Below are positions 23,501-38,500 of a stretch of 64,000 bases of DNA, piece after piece; position 1 is the first letter of the stretch; each line of letters starts with the position of its first letter. A model generated the notes under the pieces. That model made no database searches. It had not been told where the DNA came from and worked only from the letters and a program-made list of their open reading frames with translations. The position numbers and the translations under genes are program-made. Source of the stretch: Haliotis rubra (Eukaryota); NCBI RefSeq assembly GCF_003918875.1, contig NW_025767479.1, positions 1,302,001 through 1,366,000 on the forward strand, in the 5' to 3' direction.

Positions 23501-26500
23501 TTTCAATACTCCCCTTCCACTTAGCTATATACACTCCAAAACATTTGACATAATCATAACTAGTAGACATATTCATAAAGAGTATTTTGCTGTTGCGGGG
23601 GATATTGATGACCTTGTCTACTTGTTGGTATTTGTGTCACTTTGTATACTACTGGTATAAATAATGACAATTTCCAAGTAAAACTTGATTATGAAAATGT
23701 CTACATCTGCATGTAAAAGGTTCCACTATTAGACTGAACTAAAATAGTTAAAGCGCTCTTCATTTTTGACTCTAAACATGTGCTTTATTACATGTGTACA
23801 TATTTTGTATATGCTGTTTCTGTATACTTTTATATAATAAATACATACTTATTTCATTTAATATTGTGTTGTTATGTTAGGCCCCTGTAAAATTGTGTTG
23901 GGCAGAGTTCCTGTGGGTAAAGTTCCTATGGGCAGAGTTCCTGTGGGGAAAGGTCTGTACACCAAAAGGTCGTGTTAAGTGCTTTTTCAGCAGTCTGAAA
24001 CTTGATTACTGTTTCCATGCAGCACCATCAGGAGCAAGAGTGGCAGATTCCGTGGACTGGCAGAGAAGTCAGGCCATCGCCATGGTGATAGCACACTGCC
24101 CCATGCAGACAGCCTCAGTGGAAGAATACTACAAACACATCTCTCCCCAGGTGATTACATGACGGTGGTCTGTTGTTGTAACAATCTCATTAAAATTATC
24201 TTCCACACCAGTAGGATATCTCTGCTTGATGATCTGAAAAATGCTTCAAAGGAGTGAGTGAGTAAGTTGAGTTTTACGCTGCACTCAGCAATATTCCAGC
24301 CATATGGCGGCGATCTGTAAATAATCAAATCTGGACTATCCAGTGATGAACAGCATGAGCATGAGCATCGATCGGCGTAAAACTCACTCACTCCTATAAA
24401 AGATTTGTCGGATCATCAATAGGAGGTTATATCTGATAGATATTCAAATCAGCCTTTAGCATCATCAAGGCTTCTCAGTATGAGTGCAGCATTCAGAGCA
24501 GCATGTTATATTTTGGATGTCAACAATGCACGGAAATGTGCAGTTCTGAATGGAAATAATAAAGGAAGCTTTTTTAAAGGAAGCAGTTTTGGTGATTTTG
24601 TATGCACCACTGATCTCCTAGTCGCATCAAAAGAATACTTGTACATGTATTTTTATTCATTGTCTTTTTTTTAAATTGAAATGTCTGAATCTTGAATCTA
24701 TTGATGGAATTGTCAGATCTGCACACAGGGAGGTATCATGTTTGAGTAAATAATACAATTGTGTTAGTGAGTGAGTGAGTTTAGTTTTACGCCACACTCA
24801 GCAATATTCCAGCTATATGGCGGTGGTCTGTAAATAATCAAGTTTGGAACAGATAATCCAGTGATCAACATCATGAGCATCGATCTATGCAATTGGGATA
24901 CGATGACATATGTCAATCAAGTCATCGAACCTGACCACCCGATTCCATTAGTCTGTAATTGTTTATTGTCTTTTACAATAGCCATGAAGATCCGGGTGAG
25001 AATTGGTCTTTAGCAACTCATGCGTGTCGTCAGTGGCGACCATAAATACTGTGGAGTTTGGTGTTAAACAACAACCAACCAACCAATCAATTTTTTACAA
25101 CATATGTTAACTCGATTTTTCTCCAATATTATTGGAAGCTTTGCAGAGGGGATTCACAGACTTAAAGAACCACTAAACTTTGTTTTTTGTTACTCTTTTA
25201 ACCATTACATATGAAAGATTTGTGGTTAGTCTTATGCGGAACACCAAATTTATTCTTTAAAAACTTGTGGTTAATTAATACCGAGCGATTAAAAGTGGCC
25301 AAAAAGTCGCCTGCTTCCCTCTCGCCCGCCAACGAAACCACAGACAGGTTACGTAACTCTGTCGCCAGAGCACTGCAGTGGCGTCATATGAGGAACGATT
25401 TTCAGTTAGTTGTATAGAAAGTGTGTAGCACGCTCATCATTTTGATGATTTCGACATGAAGCATGACATGCCGAATTGTTGCTTTGTCCTCAATTGCTCC
25501 TAGGGGTCGGGTGATGGTGTCACCATGCACAGATTTCCACAGGACCCCGCAGTTCGTGCTAAATGGGTTATGTTTGTGAGTGCGGTTGGCGGCGTTGTGG
25601 GAAGCCTGAAGCGATATCTTACTTGTGTTCAGATCGGCTCACGAAGTTAAAGAATCAAAACTACTTACTAGTTAAAGTAAAATATGTATATGATTGATGA
25701 CCATAAAGATTTTCCATAACACAACTTGTAACATAACGATTTCTTCCTCGGAAGTGAGGTTGTGGTCGAAGTAACAATAATATTGTAAGTAGTATTATAT
25801 TGACACCCACCTCGCTGCCAGGAGAGAAATTGTTATGTTATACGGCTATGTCATGCAAAATCCTATTGGCCATCAATAAAATACATATTTTACTACCAGT
25901 AGAAAGTAGTTTTGATTTTGTAACTTTCGGTGAAAACAAACCTAAATAGCATTTATCCACAGACTGGCGGATGTTCCGACAGAGCGCCCGCCATTTTGAA
26001 AATCGTAAAGTCTGTTAGAATTAATGAGATTATAGTTTGTTTTCATCAAGTTAGAAAATCAAAACTACTTTCTACTCGTAGTTAAATATGTATTGGAATC
26101 ATAACCAAAAGGATTTTGCATGACACAACTTATAACATAGCGATTTCTTCCACGGAGGCGAGGTGGGGGTCGAAGTCACAATACTCTTGCGATAAATTTC
26201 TTGCTACATTCACATGGTTAATGTCCACTCACCAGTATGTAGATACTAGTCAGTCAATGTCGTCTTTATATTTGGTCTTATAATCCTAATTAGTTTATTA
26301 TCACACTTGTATGCATTTTGAAACTAAATAAAAAGCAGACGATCTGCTGATACTTATAGTGAATTTATAACAGAACTGTAATATCTAGACATTTTATAGT
26401 TTGCCAATGTGAATCATAATTGGCAGCACACACACCCTAGTGCATGTTGTCTGTCTCATTACACTTCACGGTGAAAACAATGATTCTGTTGAATGCTACG

Positions 26501-29500
26501 ACAAATGAATAAAAACAAAATGCAAATATTAAAATTAAAACAGATTAAAGTTATAGGAACAATATCAGGCCATTACCTTGTTTGAGGAATGTATCCATCA
26601 ATATCCACAAAACTGTTCAAAATGATGTGTCTTTTAACAGTTTAATATACGAAAAAGTGATAAATCTTTTCAGGTATTGGTGTATAGTCTCATTGGTCAC
26701 CCAAGATAGCACACCTGGCAACTAATTGCATAATGTCCGCCTTTCATTAAAACAGTAATTTAGTTAGCCAATAATGGGCAATCAATCAATGTATTGCCGG
26801 TTAATCCTTTGAAAGAAGGGCGTTATTTTTACGCTTGACACCGACACGACAGAGTGTATTCAGTATAGATTAGTAAATCTACATACATAAACACTACCTT
26901 TTGACAATCCGCTGTGTAAGATAAAAGTAATTAATCAATCAGCGTGTTATCGGTTAATCCTTTGATCGATGTTTATAATGTTGAATATTTACTCCAGACA
27001 CAAGAAATGCCAAATGGGAACCTTTGTCGGGTAATCTAAGTGTGTTACCACTAATTATACCTGTTATAAATTCATTAACTGACCATCAAGTGAATGATGA
27101 CAAATAACATGTGTAGGTTTATACCACCTAACACGGGTTACAACAAGGGAGTATTAATTGCTGTATTGCATGTGAAAACTTATGGGCCGACACTGTTTGA
27201 GAATACAAACAGATTTTTACATGACATGATTAAATATCGAGGTAAAAAACACAGAAATGGGATCAATTTGGATCAGTCATTATACAAATAGGGCCCTACT
27301 GACACCAATCAATTGTGACAGAAGCGTCTATGAAAACAAGTTGTAACTTCGGAAACTAGGCAAAGCAGGAGACAAAATTAAATGCCAGTAGATTGTGAGA
27401 ACATATAGCTTTCATTTTTCCACAACAATTGTCACGATTTCAGGTTTATACAAGCCTGTAAACAAGATAATTTACCCCTAAAATGTAGATGAATTCTGCA
27501 TCGGCCCTCAAAGCTATTCCTCATATGGCGTCACAGAGTTAAGCTACCGGCTCTGATTGGTTGAAATTTAGATTCGCGGGTGAGAATTGTGCACTGTTGT
27601 CAAAAAGGTCGATTTAAGTCAATTAAAGGTCGAAATGAGTAGTTTTAATGACAGGGTTTCATTTATAACGATGCCAGTTAGTGATTTATGTATTTTTAAC
27701 CCCTAGGGTTTATGTGACCTTTAATATCAAATCATGCTGTCATGAAACAAGTCAAAGATAGAGTATTATGTCAATGAAGAAGAGAAATTATACCAATTAA
27801 TCAACAGGTGGCAAATTACTTACATACTTTAAATTATGGCGCTACTTCATTGTAACCTTGGGGCGGTGGGGTAACCTAGTGGTTAAAGCGTTCGCTCGTC
27901 ACACCGAAGACCCGGGTTCGATTCCCCACATGGGCAAAATGTGTGAAGCCCATTTCTGGTGTCCCCCGCCATAATTTTGCTGGAATATTGCTAAAAGCGG
28001 CGTAAAATCAAACTCACTCACTCATTCACTCATTGCAACCTCAGTGTGTGATGTCATATATTAGCACTGTGTGAAATGTCACTACAGGGTAGGATATATG
28101 GCCCCAGCACATATTTATCAGTATCTTGGAACAAATTGTTCAGAAACCTACATAAATTATATTTAAGGTAAATGAAATTAACTTTACATTCATGCAACAC
28201 TGTTTCGCTATGTTTACATGTAGATTTTTAAAATACCAGTATTGGGTAAGGTTATCTGTTTTGAATACAGAATAGTTGACACCATTAACACTATTTATGT
28301 TTAGTCTCTATGGTTTCATATGCACAACTTACTTACAGAACAAAATGGGTGCTAACACTTCATTTTGGTGATGAAATAAATTCATTTGTTAAATGTTTTA
28401 TGAGTTTTGATAACACTGGATAAAATATAACACCAACCTTCGTAACTAGAAATGGAAGTTAACAGTATTGTCCATATGAATACTGCCTCATCAAAACTTT
28501 TAGAGTTTGTGCTCCATATTAATATAACTATATTCCAGTGTTTACACTTTCAGATAAGAGGCCTGCTTCATCACAGTGATCCTAAGGTTACTCAGAGGTT
28601 TCTGAGGGTGATCGTGACCCTCATTAAGGAGATGACCAGTCAGTATCCATCACTGGGACAACAGCACCTGCTGGACCCCCTGGTGTCTCCGCTACAGCAG
28701 TGTGTGGACAGTCATGGTGAGTGAGTGAGTGAGTGTAGTTTTATGCAGCTTTTAGCAATATTCCAGCAACATCACGATGGGGGACACCAGAAATGGGTTT
28801 CACACATTGTACCCATGTGGGGAATCGAAATCCGGGTCTTCGACGTGACGAGCGAACATGGTGAGGAAGGTGTCACAGGTGCAATTGATTGATGCAGATG
28901 TCTGTTCCTGATCTTTCTTTGTAGAATTACTTTGACTAAGTCGCTTGTCATGAGAGGATAGTGTTTAATGTGCCTGTTTATTGTTATTCTTAAGGTACAT
29001 CAGTGACTTCCAAGATACAGGTGGTAGCATGTGGCAAGACTTTGACCCGATGTATAGAAGATATCTACAAGGTAGGGATCTCTAAACAGTCATCCAGGTT
29101 GGTAAGAACAGGATTCAATTAATGTCAGATTTGCCTACCTTCAGCTTGACTAAATATGTAGATGGAATCGCAGGTTAACTCTGATTTGTCCTCACTGTGC
29201 CCATGTTTACTAAAGTGGTAAACATCTATAACAGGATTACATACTAGATCAGGATATATAATGATAGCACTATTTTCCATGTGGCACCAAACTCCTCACT
29301 GTACTGTGTTGCAGGTGTATGTGATCAGCACGGAGGCCAGGGACTGTCTCTGGCCAGTCCTCCGTCGCTATGTGGCAGTTCTCTTCCAGCTGTACTTCAG
29401 CAGCAAGGAGGGCGTGTCACACCTCAGGTGGGTACGTAAGGGATGCAGGCCATGTGGAAACATTCAGTTGGTCTGTGATTTGTCTTATCAAAAAAAATCT

Positions 29501-32500
29501 TCCCATCCTTGGATCAGTCAACAGTCAATAAAGCAGGTCCAGCAAGTCACTGAACATGTGATTTAAGTTCTTTTAATATGTAATCAGGTTGGATGTGATC
29601 TTGATCATGTAGATCTAGTATGGTCATATTGCCATCTATTGGTTTGTCCATTAACTTACTGTTATGTTACTGTATTGTTGCTGTAATTATGCTGTAATGT
29701 TGCTAAAATGTTACTGTAATGTTACTGTAATGTTCCAGTAATGTTGCTGTGATGTTGCTGAAATGTTCCAGTAATGTTGCTGTGATGTTGCTGTAGTGTT
29801 GCTGTGATGTTACTGTAATGTTACTGTAATGTTGCTGTGATGTTGCTGTAATGTTACTGTAATGTTGCTGTGATGTTACTGTAATGTTGCTGTGGTGTTA
29901 CTGTAATGTTGCTGTGGTGTTACTGTAATGTTGCTGTGATGTTACTGTAATGTTGCTGTAATGTTACTGTAATGTTACTGTTGTGCTGTAATGTTACTGT
30001 AATGTTGCTGTAATGTTACTGTAATGTTGCTGTAATGTTGCTGTAATGTTGCTGTAATGTTACTGTAATGTTGCTGTAATGTTGCTGTAATGTTACTGTA
30101 ATGTTGCTGTAATGTTACTGTAATGTTGCTGTAGATGTTGCTGTAATGTTACTGTAATGTTGCTGTGTAGTGTTTGCTGTAATGTTGCTGTAATGCTGTA
30201 ATGTTGCTGTAATGTTGCTGTAATGTTGCTGTAATGTTACTTCAATGTTGCTGTTATGTTGCTGTAATGTTGCTGTAATGTTGCTATAATGTTACTGTAA
30301 TGTTACTGTAATGTTGCTGAAATGTTACTGTACTGTAGTGTTGCTGTGATGTTGCTGTGATGTTACTGTAATGTTGCTGTAATAATGTTGCTGTAATGTT
30401 ACTGATTTTTGCTGTAGTGTTGCTGTGATGTTACTGTAATGTTACTGTAAATGTTGCTGTGATGTTGATGTAATGTTGATGTGATGTTACTGTGATGTTG
30501 CTGTAATGTTGCTGTGATGTTGCTGTAATGTTGCTGTAATGTTGCTGTGATGTTACTGTAATGTTGCTGTGATGTTACTGTAATGTTGCTGTGATGTTGC
30601 TGTAATGTTACTGTAATGTTGCTGTAATGTTGCTGTAATGTTGCTGTAGTGTTGCTGTAATGTTACTGTAATGTTGCTGTGATGTTTGTTGCTGTAATGT
30701 TACTGTAATGTTGCTGTGATGTTACTGTATGTTACTGTTGCTGTGATGTTACTGTAATGTTGCTGTGATGTTGCTGTGATGTTACTGTAATGTTGCTGTG
30801 ATGTTGCTGTAATGTTACTGTAATGTTGCTGTGATGTTGCTGTAATGTTGCTGTGATGTTGCTGTAATGTTACTGTAATGTTGCTGTGATGTTGCTGCAA
30901 TGTTGCTGTAATGTTGCTGTGATGTTACTGTAATGTTGCTGTGATGTTGCTGTAATGTTGCTGTGATGTTACTGTAATGCTGCTGTAATGTGACTGTAAT
31001 GTTGCTGTGATGTTGCTGTAATGTTGTAATGTTACTGTAATGTTACTGTAATGTTGATGTGATGTGACTGTAATGTTGATGTGATGTTGCTGTAATGTTG
31101 ATGTGATGTTGCTGTGATGTTACTGTAATGTTGATGTGATGTTACTGTAATGTTGATGTGATGTTACTGTAATGTTGCTGTATGTTGATGTGATGTTACT
31201 GTAATGTTGCTGTGATGTTGCTGTAATGTTGATGTGATGTTGCTGTAATGTTGCTGTGATGTTGCTGTGATGTTACTGTAATGTTGCTGTGATGTTGCTG
31301 TAATGTTACTGTAATGTTGCTGTGATGTTGCTGTAATGTTGATGTGATGTTACTGTAATGTTGATGTGATGTTACTGTAATGTTGATGTGATGTTACTGT
31401 AATGTTACTGTGATGTTGCTGTAATGTTGCTGTGATGTTGCTGTAATGTTGCTGTGATGTTGCTGTAATGTTACTGTAATGTTGCTGTAATGTTGCTGTA
31501 ATGTTGCTGTAATGTTGCTGTAATGTTGTACTGTAATGTTGCTGTAATGTTGCTGTAATGTTGCTGTAATGTTACTGTATGTTGCTGTAATGTTACTGTA
31601 TGTTATGTTGCTGTAATGTTACTGTATGTTGCTGTGATGTTGCTGTAATGTTGCTGTATGTTGCTGTAATGTTACTGTAATGTTACTGTATGTTGCTGTA
31701 ATGTTGCTGGCATCAGTGTAACAATAGTCCATCCTTTCTCTCAGGTCATCCTGTGAAGACATACTCATCACCTTCCTCAAGCAGGCTGAACCAGATGTTT
31801 CCCTGGACATTCTGTGGCTGCTGGCTACTGGTGTCCATGGTAACAGTGTGAAGGACATATCACGGTGTCCCACTCAGTTGATGTTCCAGCCAGGAGACAG
31901 TGGTGGGCTGCGTGCTGTACTGGCCCCCTCCGACAGGTGAGGTGGAGGATCAGCTAAACCCCTCCTGTTGGTTTGTGCAGTTTCTGACAGGTGTGACCAA
32001 AAACATGTACAATTCTGCACCATCTCCTGTAGTCCACCATTTGTTGTTATTCACATCTGAAAACCACAAAAGTGTTTGGTGTCATCCAACTGCATCCAAT
32101 GAAAATTAGGTTCTTCCTGGTTAGGCTTATTCAAAATTACACAAAAGATACCAACATTCAGTCACACAACCTCCGAGGGACTGAGAATATTGTTACATTA
32201 TGTTTAGTTTGTTAATTGTGAAACCATTTTGGATGTCCCCACTTTTCATCTATGTATCATAGTTTACAAAATTACATTAGATATAAGTGACACTATTTGG
32301 CATGCGCTATCGCCAAAGGCTCGCATAATACAATTTTTATTCCTAATATATGATATTAATGATACAGAAACACACTCGGTTAATAATCTCTATGTAACGA
32401 ATAATACTGAGCCTAGGTTTACTTTGACTGTGTTGTATGTATGCAGTTTAACATTTACTGTGTTGTAACAGTGTAAAGGAAGACAGGATTTATTGGTCCA

Positions 32501-35500
32501 TGTGTTGAATGAATGCAGTGTTTACTTGTGTTTTGACAGTTGTGAGGAAGACGGCATCTGTGTGGAGACTCGGGTGCGCTGCCTGGTGGAGCTGGTGAAG
32601 CACCTACAGGACAGCAGTGTCACAGGGGACTTCTTTATCAAGCTGCTCCAGGTATACGAGTCACACTACACTTGCTCATCAACAATGTACAATTCATTCT
32701 TGAAGCTTTGGCATCAAAACACCATGCCAAGATTTATGTGTGTATGTCTGCATTGGTAAGGGCTTTGTGTCTACAAATTGCAAGCATTGACCAGTAGGTT
32801 GCTACTTGTAGGATATATACTCTTGGAAACAAAAAAGGGAACACATGAAAGTACAAGTGTTCCTGTATTCTTGTACTTGCATGTGTTCCCTAATGAGAAT
32901 ATTATTTATTAAAGACTACATCAGTATGTATTTTCATATATTTAAGTCATAGGTAAATAGTTGTCATGTTAATTACAGTAAAAAATGCAAAGATGCCCCT
33001 TTGGTATAGTGTTAGTTAGTTGTCATCCTCCTCTTCAGGTTTCTATCTTTAGAATGTGACTTTCAATCACATCCATTGTTTGTTCAGTGAGAACAGTATT
33101 ACAATGTATTGGTAAATGAGGTATGACAAAATGATCACCATACTTTGTGGTGTATGGTAGTTATGAATGGTATGTGTTTTTGTTCATAGGAGCTAACGAT
33201 GATGGTGTCATCTCAGACTGGTGATGGAGAATCAATTTCTGTCTCCTGCCCCGAGCCAGAGAAGGAGCTGCTAATGCTGGAGCTTCAAGATACACAGGAA
33301 GTGGAACTCTTCAACAGGAGGCTGATTGTGCTGAACCTTCTGGCCTCTATGTGTGAAGAGCTGGGGCCGTCCTGTCTTAACAAAACACAACACATTCTGG
33401 CATTTGTCAGAGTAAGTAGTTGTGTAGCTTATCTATTTACTTACTTTTAAGGTGTACATCTCTGATCTCTGCATGAACTTCATGTTGTCACTTCATTTGA
33501 AGAAACAAAACTGCAAAAGACACAAGAAAATATGGTGACATGCAGGTGATGTTCAAAGTCATGTTAGCTTCGTGGTTAAAAGAGTTGCTCAGTCACGCCG
33601 AACACCGGGTTCGATTCCCAACATGGGTACAATGTGTGAAGCCCATTCCTGGTTTCCCCTGCCACAATATTGCTGGAATATTGTTAAAAGCGTATAAAAG
33701 CACTCACTCAAAGTCATGTCCTTCAAATGGTAAAGCAGTCATTATAATTAACATTCCATATTGTTTTGATGTGTTACCTCTGAAGCAATTATTTGGAAGA
33801 TATAACATTTCTGTTCTGAAATTTGAGGTAGTCAATCTGTAGGTTAGATACCTCATATTATTCTTCTTCTTTGGGGGCAGGGGACTGATTGCTTCAGATG
33901 TATGAATCAGTTGAAATATGTCTAAGTCTATGAATGACAGGTCTTCAGTGTCATGGTAGGATGAACCAATATTCTTTCCCTTACCCCCGAATTTAGATAT
34001 AATATCATGCTTGCAGGTCACCGAAGACCTGGGTTCTATTCCCCACTTGGGCACAATGTGTGAAGCCCATTTCTGGTGTACCCCGCCGTGATGTTGCTGG
34101 AATATTGCTAAAAGCGGCGTAAAACCAAACTCACTCAGTCATTCTTGCAGGTAACTCTGGAGTGAGGTGTGTGGAGTTTAGATATAACATGTATGGTTAC
34201 AGGCGACTATGGTACGAGGTGTGTGGAGTTTAGATGTGACATGTGTGGTTACAGGCGACTCTGGAGCGAGGTGTAGAGGTGTGTGGAGTTTAGATGTGAC
34301 ATGTATGGTTACAGGCGACTATGGAACAAGGTGTGGAGGTGTGTGGAGTTTAGATGTGACATGTATGGTTACAGGCTTACTCTGGAGCGAGGTGTAGAGG
34401 TGTGTGGAGTATAGATGTGGGCGTGTGGTTACAGGCGACTCTGGAGCCGAGGTGTGTAGAGGTGTGTGGAGTTTAGATGTGACATGTATGGTTACAGGCT
34501 TACTATGGAGCCGAGGTGTAGAGGTGTGTGGAGTTTAGATGTGACATGTATGGTTACAGGCAACTCTGGAGCCGAGGTGTGGAGGTGTGTGGAGTTTAGG
34601 ATGTGACATGTATGGTTACAGGCGACTCTGGAGCCGAGGTGTGGAGGTGTGTGGAGTTTAGATGTGACATGTATGGTTACAGGCGACTCTGGAACGAGGT
34701 GTGGAGGTGTGTGGAGTTTAGATGTGACATGTGTGGTTACAGGCTGACTCTGGAGCCGAGGTGTAGAGGTGTGTGGAGTTTAGATGTGACATGTGTGGTT
34801 ACAGGCTGACTCTGGAGCCGAGGTGTGGAGGTGTGTGGAGTTTAGATGTGACATGTATGGTTACAGGCGACTCTGGAGCGAGGTGTAGAGGTGTGTGTGG
34901 AGTTTAGATGTGACATGTGTGGTTACAGGCTGACTCTGGAGCGAGGTGTAGAGGTGTGTGGAGTTTAGATGTGACATGTGTGGTTACAGGCTGACTCTGA
35001 GCCGAGGTGTGGAGGTGTGTGGAGTTTAGATGTGACATGTATGGTTACAGGCGACTCTGGAGCGAGGTGTGTGGAGGTGTGTGGAGTTTAGATGTGACAT
35101 GTATGGTTACAGGCGACTCTGGAGCGAGGTGTAGAGGTGTGTGGAGTTTAGATGTGACATGTATGGTTACAGGCGACTCTGGAGCGAGGTGTAGAGGTGT
35201 GTGGAGTTTAGATGTGACATGTATGGTTACAGGCGACTCTGGAGCGAGGTGTAGAGGTGTGTGGAGTTTAGATGTGACATGTATGGTTACAGGCGACTCT
35301 GGAGCGAGGTGTAGAGGTGTGTGGAGTTTAGATGTGACATGTATGGTTACAGGCGACTCTGGAGCGAGGTGTAGAGGTGTGTGGAGTTTAGATGTGACAT
35401 GTGGTTACAGGCGACTCTGGAGCGAGGTGTAGAGGTGTGTGGAGTTTAGATGTGACATGTATGGTTACAGGCGACTCTGGAGCGAGGTGTAGAGGTGTGT

Positions 35501-38500
35501 GGAGTTTAGATGTGACATGTGTGGTTACAGGCGACTCTGGAGCGAGGTGTAGAGGTGTGTGGAGTTTAGATGTGACATGTGGTGTGGGGGACTCTGGAGC
35601 GAGTGTGGAGTTTAGATGTGACATGTGTGGTTACAGGCGACTCTGGAGCGAGGTGTAGAGGTGTGTCGGGCTACCATGGAGGAGCTGACTGGACTGTTTG
35701 AGTCGGAGACACTGAGTATGGCCATGGGATTGCTGACGGCAGTCATGGGAGGAGCTGTACAGGTGAGCCATGATGTCATTTTATGTAGCATTTATTCAGA
35801 GTATTTTAACATTTTCCTTCCATTGTTGGTACGGGTCTCTCTCAGTTCATCTCAAATCTAAAATAGACGGAATTGTTAACACTGCAAGTAAAATCACTGG
35901 AGTCAGATTTGAATGTTTATCATCAATATATGAGCGGCAAATTGTGAATCAAGCTGTCAAACTCATATCTGACCGTACTCAATACTTAAATTCGGAATAC
36001 ATCCTCCTCCAAAGTTCCAATTGTGAAAACTAAGAGAGCCCGTACATCCTTTATTCTAAGTACCATATCTCTCTTAAACAAATGTGAAGATACCTAAATC
36101 AAAGAATTTATGTAAATATGTTTGGTATCTCTCTAATGTGTCAGTAGCTCTGCTGATATAAAACAAATTCCAGAAAAGGCATTAAAGTATTATTCTATTC
36201 TATTCTATTCTATTCTATTCACATGACTTGCATCATGTGGTATATTTTTTACAAATCTCCACTCCAACTACAGTATCTAATATATGTGAGGCTTGAAGTT
36301 TGATACAAAGACTAGAACAATGTTGTGGTGTCCCTGACTCTGAGATGTTTGACTGATAACTGTTCCAGCGTTGAATTGACCTGATGCATGAAACTCACAT
36401 TTGTCAATTTTGCAACAGGTTGAAGAAGCTGATAGACAGATGATGCAGGAGTTGTTGCCCCTGCTTGATGGAATCAGACAGGAACATGCATCAGATGAAG
36501 TTAGAGAAATGGCAGATGATATTCGCATTGCCATAGCAACCAGAGGTGCCGTATGGTCAGAGCTGATGAAGAGCAAACAAGATTTAAAGAAGCAAACACC
36601 ACAGGTTAGAGAATATTCACTGTGTCACAGAATGCATTGTAGATTTACAGTATCCGAAAGGCTCACTGGTCAACATTGGGGATTCTGGATTAGAACTGGT
36701 CAACCTATGCTTGTTTTGTTTTGTTGTTTAATGCTACATTTGACAATATTCCAGCTATATGGCAGCGGTCTGTAAATAATTGAGTCTGGACCAGATAATC
36801 CAGTGATGAACAGCATGAGCATCGATCTATGTACATGGGATACAATGACCCGATCCCCGAAGCAGGGGATATAGTATTAGGCTCCGTACGTACGTACGAA
36901 TTGGAATATCTTAAGAACCATTGACTGGATTCTTTTCATACTTGGTACCTAGGTTCAACACAGTATAAGAAAGGTACCCTTTGTCAGGTTTGGTGACCTT
37001 GACCTTCATTTCAAGGTCACCAGGGGACTTAACATTTTACCCTTGTCAGCGAGATATCCCAAGAACCGTTCACTGGATTTTCTTCATATTTGACACCAAG
37101 CTTCATATAGGGAAGGTGCAGGGCCCAGTCGAGTTTGGTGACCTTCACATAATTTTCAAGGTCACAGCGACACTTTGAAGATTTCAGCATGTTAAGATTG
37201 TCAGCAAGATATCTCAAGAAGGGTTCACTGGATTTTCTTCATAGATTTTCAAGACTTCTCTTGAATGTTTTTTGATAAGCAATTTCTCTATTACTATTTT
37301 TTGCATATTTCATACACCATGGCATTCATGTCAAGGTCAAAGTGAGTCTTGAAAATATTTGTGTGTTTGAACAGCTACAGAGCAGAGCAAAATATCAAGA
37401 GAGGTTGACTGGTCATGTTTTTGTTGACATTTAACTTCATCTTTCATTACTCTTTAAGTTTGATTTGACAATATGCGGTGGGGATTATGTCACCTTAGTG
37501 ACAACTGCTTGTTCATTGATTAAATTTGATTTTCTATTGTCTAATAATTACTGGAATTTTGTGTTTGTAAAACTCTGTTGTCACTTTAAAGGTCTGTGTC
37601 ATGCAGTCAAATTTGTTCAACATATACCATACATGTCTGCATGTGTTTATTTAGGCAAAAGACAAAGGGACAGACAAGAAAAAGGCCACTGACCGTAAGA
37701 CTAAGAAACCATTGATAGAAGTTATCTCAGAAACATTGAATGAAACTTCACATGATGTCAACAGCTGTCAAGCTGAAATGATCAAAAACGAGGATGAGGT
37801 GCAAGCAGGTAACACAGGTTTAGCTGTTCCACATGAAAGACCAACTCCAGCCTCCCTCGAATCTTCTGGGCACCAACCTGTGTCTTCCCCGAAAGAAGGC
37901 AGTCCTTTCCCAGGAGAAAGAGAAGGCTCGGTTCAAGCCAGCAGAAAAGGAGGCTCTCCTCGTACAGGTGCAGAGGCAGACTCGCCTCACCCAAGTGGAG
38001 AACTAGAACAAGCCTTCAAGGAGCTATGTGACCCCGAGATCCCTGTCCGAGGTCATGGCTTGCTGCGTCTGACTCACCTCATTCAAAACAAGGATCCTTC
38101 AGTCTTGTCTCGACTGGAGACCTTGGTCAAGATATTTGAGGAGAATCTGCAACATCAAGATTCCTATCTGTACCTGGCTTCGGTCAACGGACTTGCAGCC
38201 CTCACTGACCGATTCCCTGATGTGGTGGTGCCAAGACTTGCCCAGGAGTTTGCAGAGACAGGTCCGCAGAAGTCAGCAGAACTGAGGATGAAACTTGGAG
38301 AAAGTTTAGTGAAGGCAGCAAGGAATTTAGGTATGTTTCATATAAAGTGCATTTAGATAGCTGCCTTGTAATAACTATGAGATGCCCAGTTTCGGTACAG
38401 TTACAGAATACCGGATACCTACCAGCCACGTGCACTTCTATTATAGGGAAGCACGAGCTGTAAAATTGTAAAAAATAAGGGTGCATGAAAATAAAAAATT

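Noticed and set aside
27860-27930. tRNA-Asp gene
   Set aside because: No acceptor stem; continues into a SINE body and tail; many dispersed copies.
30700-30900. QQHYSNITATS repeat ORF
   Set aside because: Translation of the 11-bp intronic minisatellite.
34209-35658. Repetitive ORFs (CRGVWSLDVTCMVTGDSGAR)n
   Set aside because: Off-frame translations of the 60-bp array; the TANGO6 frame has stops in the units.
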